From assembly GCF_030684315.1 (NCBI RefSeq), contig NC_081362.1, positions 89,049,022 to 89,113,021 on the forward strand: a stretch of 64,000 nt of DNA, given 5' to 3'. Under the pieces are notes generated by a model that made no database searches, was not told the origin of the DNA, and saw only the letters and a list, made by a program, of their open reading frames with translations. The position numbers and the translations under genes were made by a program. Shown here in pieces: positions 54,782 to 64,000 of this stretch. How positions within the stretch are numbered: position 1 is the first letter of the stretch; the number at the start of each line of letters is the position of its first letter. The stretch comes from Stegostoma tigrinum (Eukaryota).

Positions 54782-55799
54782 TTACACCCATACTCTTTTT
54801 CATTGCTAAGTAGTTGGAATTTGAGGTAATCTGATCTTAATTTGAAATTGTAAATTGGGACTTTTTATTTAAATCTGAATTTGTGGGAAAAATTACAACT
54901 AATAGAATCGGAATAGGATCCTGTTTACATTCAAATATCTGCACATCTTGGCTACACCAGTGTCAATACTGCACATGAGCCTCTTTCCATTCAACTTGTT
55001 CACACACTGTTAATTTCCTTGCTTGCATTTAAGGTATGAAAGTACTTCCTTAAAAAATGTTGAATAATGTGAATAAGGTTCATTATTATCCAGAGGTTGG
55101 AGTTTTCGACACCAGAAGGTTTAGTGGTGACCTGTTTTCTCTTTCAAAACAAAACACTAGTTGTCAGGTGTATTTGCCAGTTGACTTCCAGCATTCTGTC
55201 CAGTGGCTATCTTTCAGCTGTGAGCTTGGAAAATGAGTGCCTGAACATCATTTGCCTGTAGGGGCATCACCGCTGAGCCCATCCTGTTATCAGTGAGTTT
55301 TTAGCAGCTGTTTGGTAGCAATAAACAACTTGTCAAATATCATTTTGTCAGTTTATTTTTAATTGTGAACCTTTACCTAAAATGTCTCACCTGTTTGTAG
55401 ATATAACCATCACAGCGCAAAAGAACCACAAGTTTTATGTAAAGTGATTTAAAACACTGTTAGCACAGTTGGATGCCTCGTAATTAAACTTATTCCTTTT
55501 GACACTCTTTCGTGGAGTTTTTGTTGGGTATGTGATGCTCATCTCTCAGCACCTACACACTGAAGAATCAACTGCTGGACCCGTCCTGTCCCAGTGACAT
55601 TACTACTCATCTTTACTCTGTCCATCATAACTATACCAATAGAAAGTAAAGTTCAGAGGAGAAATATTTGAAGGTGAAGAGGGGATGCTACGTTAGTCAT
55701 TTAATTTTCAAATGAAATCAGTATGCACATTGAAATCAATTAATTACCCACTTTTACTAAAGCTAGAAATGCTGGTCAGAGAAGTGGTTAACAGGGACT

Positions 55800-56212
55800 A
55801 GAGGCTTTGAATTATAGGGAGAGGCTGTTTAGATTGAGCTTTTTCCCTGGAGCATTGGAGGCTGAGAGGTGACCTAATAGAGGTTTATAAAATCATGAGG
55901 GGCATGGATAGGGTGAATAGCTGAGGCCTTTTTCCCAGGGTAAGGGAGTCCAAAACTAGAGGGCATAGATTTAAAAAGGACCTGGAGAGTAACTTTTTCA
56001 TGCAGAGGGTGGTGTGTGCATGGAACAAGTTGCCAGGAAATGGTGGGAGCTGGTACAATTTCAAATTTAAAAGATACTTGGATGGCTACATGAATAGGAA
56101 GAGTTGAGAGGGATATTGGTCAAATGTTGGCAAATGGGACTAGGTCAGTTTGGGATATGTGGTCAGTATGGAAAAGTTGGACCGGAGAGTCTGTTTCTAA
56201 GCTCTGTGACTG
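55800..56212 (+). mobile_element. CR1-type LINE 3' end
   Basis: Matches 5000-5250 + 5640-5815. Confidence 0.8.
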
Positions 56213-58039
56213 TATTTCAGATCACTGACCTTGTGATAGAGCTCTGATTTTTCTGATAAAACACCATTGACCTGAAATGTAACCTCTGTTTCTCCCTCAA
56301 ACGGCACTGTGTGAGTTGTTAGAAATTTCCAGCAATTTCTGTTCTTATTTCATATTTTCAGTATCCATTTTCATCATTCCTGTGTTAGTTGTTGTTCAGA
56401 TATACGGGTGAAGGGTATTGCTTAAATAATTACCTATAGCAGTAATGGTGGTCTTGTGCCACAGCGATAGTATCCCTGCCTCTAGATCAGAAGGCCTCGT
56501 TTCAAGATCCACATGCTCCTGAGGTATGTAATAGCATCTCTGAACAGATCAGAATCCCAACAGTGTGGCAGCAGGCTATCGAGTCCACATTGATCCTTGA
56601 ACAGCATCCTAACCATACCCACCCCCTTACCCAGTCCCTGTAACCCTGCATTTCCCATGATTAATCCACCAAGCCTGCATATTCCTGGACACTGCAAGCA
56701 ATTTAGCATGGCCAATCCATTTAAGATTGGTTCGAAAAAGAAATCTGTGCACTATTGGGGCTTTTTTGGTGCAGTGCTAGGGTCTCTACCTCTCAAGCAG
56801 GGGGCCTTCACAAATGCTCCACCTGCTTTAGCAATGTGTAACAATGCACCTAAACAGGTCGATTTTAAAAAAGTACATCGAGCACTAATTCAGTGTGCCA
56901 GGATGTCTGGGTTCAAGTCCCAACTGCCACCGGGAGTGTACCGTAACGTGGCTGAACAGTTGATTCATAATATCTCCCTTGATCACTAATTAGGTCTTGT
57001 GACACACCTCTGAGCCCATTGGCTTTTGTTCAAGCTCCACCTGCCACCCCTCATTGAAATGTCAGAAATAATGGCTTTGCACAACATTGGGGCTCTTCTG
57101 GTGCAGTGGTAGTGTCCCTACCTCTAGTCCAGGAGATACAGGTACAGGTCACACCTGTATGTGATAACATCTTTTGAACAGGTTATTTAGTAAATATTGT
57201 ACAGCAATAAAAGAGACACTGCTGAGATCCTAGGTATTAGTTGAAGGCAGATGTAATTCTGAAATTTCTGAGTAAGCTAGCAAAAATGTTTTTTCTCATT
57301 TCACATATCAACTGATGATGGAATTTGTCGCTTAGCTTCTGTTTTCTGCTCAGTGTGAAAGGCCAGTTTTCTATATCAAATGAATAGTAGTAGTAAACTG
57401 ATTAGAGAAGGGGCATGAGAAATGTAAAATTGATTGACTATCTGAATAGCAGGAGAAAAGCCTTTTGGAAAGGTTAGAGGAATACATTGAAGGAAATGCT
57501 TCCCAATAGTTTTGGAGCTCCATGTGGAAAAATGACTAGGCAGAACAATCCAATAAATTACAATGGTACCAGTCGACCAGAAGAGAGTCGAATGAGGTGT
57601 ATGAGCCAAACAACAACAATGCAGTACTTAGAGTGGCTGGCAGAATACATCATCATAGCCCAAAAGTCCTTGATATTTTGTTGCTTCTGAAGCGCCATAA
57701 TGAGGGACGTATTGCAGTGCAGGTATTATTGTGCAGGAATAGATGGAGAGGGAGAGTCCACGTGGAAGCTGAAGTTAAAGAAGAAATGGTTTTAGCCAAT
57801 TAGTAAAGGTTTTAAAGCATAGCACTATGCAGGTGACAATCCTTCGATCTGCTTCCTGATTTGTGCACTGAATGGAGAAAGGTCTGCACAGAACAAATAG
57901 ACCAAAAAAAAATCATAGGTACAGGAAGAAAAACAGAAAAGGGTGGAAATACTCAGCAGTGCACATGGCATTTGTTGGAGAGAGAAACAAACTACATATT
58001 TAATGTTGATGATCTTATTCATCAGAAGCAGGAATAAGT

Positions 58040-58155
58040 GTCTAGGCCCGAAACGTCAGCCTTCCTGTTCCTCTAATGCTGCTTGTCCTGCTGTGTTCAT
58101 CCAGCTCCACACCTTGTTATCTCAGATTCTCCAGCATCTGCAGTTCCTACTATCC
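58040..58155. mobile_element. Penelope-derived terminal arm (family A); a second arm in opposite orientation lies at about 58563-58680
   Basis: TCTAGGCCCGAAACGTCAGC...GCAGTTCCTACTATC. Confidence 0.7.
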
Positions 58156-58839
58156 CAGGAATAAATGTCGTCTGCAGAGAATAACAGCAGCAAAAAGGTA
58201 ATTCAAAAGATTGTATAAATTAAGGGAAACCAAGTGGGAGAAATCATTTTCTAGGCATACTTAGACCTAGTAGCACTGACAGAGCTTGTAATCTGGACAA
58301 AAAAAGTCAACACATTGTTAATTAATGTGGTTAGAAGCATTAAATAAAACAAAGAAGCTGGTATGGCACTATAAGCTTGTCAAATAGGAAATACATCCGA
58401 AGAGAGGGATGATGCAGGACATGGACAGATTCAGTGAGATTGAAGTTGAAAGATACTCTTTTTTTATGAGAGGAGCTTGTTATAAAGTAACAGGCCCGGG
58501 TAGGAGATATAAATATCCTGAGGAAGATACAGAGGTCCTGAAGATTACATTTCAGTGTTCTCAGAGATAATGGGAATTGCACATGCTGGAGAATCCAAGA
58601 TAACAAAGTGTGAAGCTGGATGAACACAGCAGGCCCAGCAGCATCTCAGGAGCACAAAAGCTGACATTTCGGGCCTAGACTTTAGCATGGAGTTGATTGG
58701 AAGGAGAGCCGAGCAGGGAAGACAGCGAGGAGCAACAGTGGCAGGAGTTTCTGGGGGTAATTCTGAAGGCATGGCAGAAATTCACCCCAAGGTAGAAGAA
58801 AAATTCTAATGGGAGGATGAGGCAACCGTGGCTGTCAAG

Positions 58840-59970
58840 GGAAGTCAAGGACAATTGTGTTGAAGATAATTGGAATGTTAGAAGTTTGGGAAACCTGTAT
58901 TTTTCTTAAAGAAAAAGCAGAAATTACTAAATAAAATAGTTGGGAGAAGATAAATGACATTAAACCATCTGGTAACGTTAAAGAAGATTGCAAGAGTTTC
59001 TTTGGATGTATAAAAAGTAAGAGAGGCAAGAGTGGATATTGGACTGCTGGAAAATGAGGCTGGAGAAGATGGGTGCAGAGGAACTGAATAGACACTTTTC
59101 AGTTTTCACTGGAAGACACAAGCGGCATACCAGAATTTCAAGAGTTGGTGTCAGAGGTGAGTGTAGTGGACCATTACTAAGGAGAATGCGCTGAGGAAGC
59201 TGAAAGGTCTGAAATTGGATAAACCACCCTGACCAGCTGGACTATACGCCAGTGTTCTGAGGGAGATAGCTGAGGATGCATTGGTGGTGATCTTTCAGGA
59301 ATCACTGGAGTCAGTTACGGTCCAAGAGGTCTGGGTAATGGCTAATGTCACAGCCCGTTTAAGATTGGCTGGAGGCAGAGGATGGGAAATGATAAATCTA
59401 ACCTCAGTCATTGGTAAGATTTTGGAGTTCATTATTAAGGCTGAGATTACAAGATAATTGGAAGTGCATGGTAAAATCGGGCAGAGTCGGCATGCCTTCG
59501 TCAAGGGGAGACATTCAATTCGATTCAGTTCCCTACACACTGGAAACAGGCCCTTCGGCCCAACAAGTCCACACCGTCCCTTGGAGCATCCCACCCAGAC
59601 TCGTCCCCCTATAACCCACACACCCCTGAACCATACCTGTTAGAATTCTTCGAGGAGGTAATGAGCAAGTTAGACAAAGGAGAGCCAGTGGACGTAATTG
59701 TTTGTACAGCCTTGGAGTGAAGGGTTGACCCTTTGGAACTAATGAGTTTCTTCAGGCAGAGGATGGTTAATCTGTGGGATTTATTACTGCAGAAGATTGA
59801 GGAGGCTGAGTGATTTAAGTGTATTTAAGACAGGTTTTTGACCAGTAGGGGATTAAGGGTTACAGGGAGAAGATAGGAGATTGAGGTTGAAAAAGATATC
59901 ACTCATGATCAAACAGTGGCACACATGTGCTGGCTGTATGACCTAATTCTGCTTGTACATCTTATGGCCT
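58840..59970 (+). mobile_element. Fragmented CR1-type LINE with an HE1-like SINE tail inserted at about 59520-59632
   Basis: GGACTATACGCCAGTGTTCTGAGGGAG, CATGCCTTCGTCAAGGGGAG and 3' tail remnants. Confidence 0.65.
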
Positions 59971-61355
59971 AATGGAAAGATGAGGACACAGTACCAAGAG
60001 AATCAGAGGAGGCGGAAGCTCCGAAAGGTCAGGATTTGTAATTTACTCATCATGACGAAAATAAGTGACGTAGTTAAGTAACTTGCACTGTTCTTAGTAA
60101 GGAGAAAGTGAATCCAGAAATAAAAACAAGATATTGTGCACGATGGAAATCTGAAATTACAAGTAGTACATTGTCCTAAACTAGTACGTTGCAAGCAATG
60201 GGGAGAGAAACATTTCAAATCAATTATAACTGTTCTTTGGAACTTGAAGTGCCAATTGATTTGATTTTTAGATGGTTGAGAGTAAACTGAATGATATCAA
60301 AGAGGATGACGAGAAAGATAGAAAGATAACCTGTTCAGATGTATAATGTGGCATATCCAGTGGGACTTGAACCTGGACCTTTTGACCAGAGCTTCAAATG
60401 TTTCTGGCAGTACCATTGCACCAATGAGCCCTTTGTTTAGTTGGTTAAAGTAAGCAAACTTTGCAGGACCAGATGGAATACACCCTAATATTCTAAAGGA
60501 GGAAATTACAGAACGCAGAGAACTGGTACTAATATGTTGAAAGACTGAAGAGTCGCGAGTGTTGTATGCATTTGTTTTAGGAAGAGTGTCAATGAGGTTA
60601 ATTACAGAGCTGTTCAGGAAGATGTTAGTGTCGCTCAGGAATCTAAAAGTGGAATTGAAGTAATCAGCACAGCTTCCAAAAGCAATGACTGAGATTGACA
60701 AACTTGGTAGTTCTTTCAGGATGTAACAAACGTGCAAGTACTGTTGTGCATATGGACTTCAGCCACGTGGGTACTGTGGAAGAGCTAGAGGTTTTGCTGT
60801 TTTGGCTTCATCGAATGTTCAAGTTCAGGAAGGCAGTGTGTTTTCGAAAAGGAATGGAGTTTATCACTATGTAGAATACCAGTGAAAATGAGCTTTAACA
60901 AAAATGAAAACCTTGGTTAGAATACCATGTGCAGTATTTGGCATTAAATCATAGAAAGAATGTTTGGATTTTGTGCAGATTTACTACATTTCTGCATGTT
61001 ATGAGGGTATTTAAATAGACAGTTTGTAAAACTTGGTCTTTAATAGCCATTTGCAGATGATGTGTTAGTGTTTAAGCTGTAGTTGAGGGGTTTGGAGTAA
61101 GGAGCAAAGATCAAAGATTAAATTCGAGCAATATAGAACAGAGGACAAGAGATATGTCTTCATGCCACAAATTATGAGGCTGTATAATCTGGTTTCTGCC
61201 TCAACCACTGACCCTGAAACTCAAAATCAGCTTGGATAAACTGGATGAATGAGAATGAGTTTGGACTATTTGCTCGTCAGAAGATTGTACTGACGTGGCC
61301 TGGTAGAGCAGAATAGTCTGTTTCCATGCTGTAATCTCTTGGTACATGTATGTAA

Positions 61356-61622
61356 GGGTAGCACAGTGACTCAGTGGTTAGCACTGCTTCACAGCACCAG
61401 AGGCCTGGGTTCGATTCTACTCTCGGGCGACTGTGTGGAGTTTGCACGTTCTCACATGTCTGCATGCGTTTCCTCTCACAGTCCGAAGATGCGCAGGCTT
61501 GGTGGATTGGCAATGCTAAATTGCTTATGTGTTCAGGGATGTGTAGATTAGGTGTTCATGTGGAGATGGGTCTGGGTGGGATGCCGTGAGAGTTGGTGTG
61601 GACTTGTTGGGCCAAAGGGCCA
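61356..61622 (+). mobile_element. HE1/V-SINE-like SINE
   Basis: GCACAGTGACTCAGTGGTTAGCACTGC...TGTGTGGAGTTTGCAC. Confidence 0.82.
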
Positions 61623-62660
61623 ACTTCCTACAGACTAAGGCCATGGGAACCCCCATGGGCCAAAGGTATGTCTGCCTTTTTGTAGGCTACATGGAACAGT
61701 CCCTCTTTCGCAGCCACACTGGCGCTATCCCCCACCACTTCCTCCACTGCATCGATGACTATCGACACTGCCTCGTGCTCCCACGAGGAGTTTGAACAAT
61801 TCATCAACTTTACTAACACCTTTCACCCTAACTTCAAGTTCATCTGGATCAGCTGATACTTCTTTCTCCTTCCTGGACCTCTCCATCTGTGGTAACCGTC
61901 TCAAAACCGACATCTATTTCAAGCCCACCGACTCCCATAGTTACCTCGACTACACCTCCTCTCACCCACTTTCCTGCGAGAATGCAATTCCTACTCCCAA
62001 TTTCTTCATCTCTGCTACATCTGCTCCCAAGATGGGGTGTTCCACTCCCGAACATCCCAGATGTCCTCTTATTTCAAGGACTGCAGCCACCCCCCCCCCA
62101 CCCCCAAATCAGGGGTCGAAAGTGCTCTGGAACGCATCTCTTGTGTTTCCCACACCTTGGCCCTCGCATTCCCTCCCTGCAACAAAACCAAAGACAGAAT
62201 CACCCCATTAACCTCCGTATTCAACATATCATACTCCGCCACTTTGGCCACCTGCAATCTAACCCCACAACCAAAGATATATTCTCCTCCCCCCAACACC
62301 TCTTTCTGTGTTCCATAGGGACTGTTCTGTCCACAGCTCCCTTGTTCGCTCCGCAGACCCCACTACCTCTGCCACCTATCCCAGCAACTGCAGGAAGTGC
62401 TACACCTGCCCCTATACCTCCCCCCTCACCTCCATCCAAGGAACAAAACAAACCTTTCAATCAGACAGAGGTTCACCTCCACATCTGTCAACGTGGTCGA
62501 TTGCATCCCCTGCTCCCAATGTGGCCTCCTCTACATCGGCGAGAACAAACAGCGGCTTGGAGACCTGTTTGTAGAGCACCTGCGTTCTGTTTGAGACAAA
62601 CGTAGCACCTTTCTGTCATGAACCATTTCAACTCCACCTCCCACTCCCTGCATGACATAC
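61623..62660 (+). mobile_element. Penelope-like element internal fragment (RT + GIY-YIG endonuclease), frameshifted
   Basis: AMGTPMG..YVCLFVGYME, HCIDD, SFLDLSI, DIYFKPTDSHSYLDYTSSHP, CRKCYTCP, CSQCGLLYIGENKQRLGDLFVEHL. Confidence 0.9.
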
Positions 62661-63212
62661 AAGAAGTTGTCTTTTCTGTTGCAGATGATGTCTTTAAATG
62701 AAATAAATACTTGAGTACAACTTTCTTGGCTAGCATTCTGAATAATAATTGCTAGGATTTAAATGCAGGGAAAAGCTTGCATTATGCCCGTATGGATACT
62801 GCAAAGCACCAGTTTAGCATTTTGACTTTCAGAACTTGTCATGTTAAGACTGTGTTGTAACAATTCAGCGGTGACAGGGCTGTCATTCAGTGGAAGAAAT
62901 TTGAAGTAATGAATTAATTCATAAACAATGTGCACAACTATGGCAACACACACATACTTGGGAGCCAATTTTTATTTACTTATTTAGGTTTCCCCTTTTC
63001 ATTGTATGTCAAAACTGTGTCTCGATAAGCTCAACGATAGCTCCAGGGCATTGATGATATTTTGGTTGTGAGAATTAATTGAACCATTTCATAATGGCAT
63101 TAAAAGAAAGGTGGGATAACGGTTACCAAACAGGAGGTAATTGACTTTGATTTGTCTGTTCCTCATTGAGGGTTTAATGCCTTTTTCCTATGCCCCATTT
63201 AGCAGTAACACA

Positions 63213-63676
63213 ATGTCACACTACACAGATGAGCCCAGGTTTACAATTGAACAGATTGACTTGCTGCAGCGACTTCGGAGGAGCGGGATGGCAAAACGTG
63301 ACATAATCCACGCGCTGGAGACCTTGGACCGACTTGACCAAGAGCACTCTGAGAAATTTGGCAAACGGCACACCTACAACAACAGTTCCCACAGCAACAG
63401 CAACAACGTCTCTGCTTCATCCTCGACAGTCACAGCCGCGACACAGACACAGCACAGTGGCGCGTCGCCATCTCCGAGTAACAGCTATGACACCTCACCA
63501 CCACCGTGCAGCACTCATCTGAATGGGCGGGAGAGCTACAGCAACGAGAAACCGCCAGTGGCCAATGGCAGGCTGTCACCTAACCGTTTCCACACAACCA
63601 GTAGCCAGAGGACAGGAAATTTCCATGCCATGGAAGAAGAGACAGACCTGGAAGAAAGGGTTGAAGAGCTTATGAG
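63213..63676 (+). CDS. HMBOX1: Homeobox-containing protein 1 (HMBOX1), first large coding exon; gene continues beyond the window
   Basis: MSHYTDEPRFTIEQIDLLQRLRRSGM...LETLDRLDQEHSEKFG...SPSPSNSYDTSPPPC...VEELMR; TAGCAG acceptor at 63200-63205, donor GT at 63677; head-to-head with INTS9 as in human. Confidence 0.93.
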
Positions 63677-64000
63677 GTTGGTTGAAATGACTATTCAGTT
63701 ATTTTTACTGTTGAGGTTTAAGTCGCCAAAGGCAGCTTTCCATCTTTTGTAGGATAATGACTTGTGTCATGTTAGCCAACTCTGTTGAGCAGTGCCTGGT
63801 GTAGTTGAGGAGCCCCATTAATATATTCAAAACTAGGAAGGTAACCAGCATTTTTGTTTTAAATCTTACAGCAGTAGATTTTAGTGGCTGATGATAAGGG
63901 GATGTGGAACTTAGATACAGAGCCACCATGATTTAATCCAATGGCAGAACAAGCTTGAAGGGGCTGAGCAGCTTCTTCCTGTTTCTGTGTCGCACCGTTA

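Noticed and set aside
55401-55445. Possible small HMBOX1 leader exon (TTTGTAG|ATATAACC...TTAT|GTAAAG)
   Set aside because: Only weak splice signals; cannot be supported without transcripts.
63141-63212. N-terminal extension of the HMBOX1 ORF in the track
   Set aside because: Starts at TTG in intron sequence upstream of the TAGCAG acceptor; the C-terminal tail after 63676 is also intron read-through.

Overview
Eukaryotic (vertebrate) genomic DNA, most likely a shark, inferred from its repeats (HE1/V-SINE-like SINEs, CR1-type LINEs, Rex1/Babar, Penelope-like elements). Three host genes are present. (1) The first coding exon (SH3 + kinase N-part) of a mixed-lineage kinase (MAP3K9/10/11/21 family) on the minus strand at 10307-11072, in a CpG island with a G-rich minisatellite upstream. 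(2) A complete 17-exon INTS9 gene on the minus strand (ATG 49788, stop 21866; 1977 nt CDS, 658 aa, all introns GT-AG). (3) The 5' part of HMBOX1 on the plus strand, head-to-head with INTS9 across a CpG-island promoter with two ZNF143-type motifs. Most other ORFs in the track are transposon remnants or noise. The most unusual observations are a perfect 149-bp inverted copy of INTS9 exon 16 plus its 3' splice site in the next intron, which predicts a long pre-mRNA duplex over an in-frame exon carrying a KKRKR motif, and minimal hammerhead-ribozyme motifs in four families of short palindromic Penelope-derived elements, one with an intact core inside the INTS9/HMBOX1 promoter. All coordinates were read by eye; repeat boundaries are approximate.
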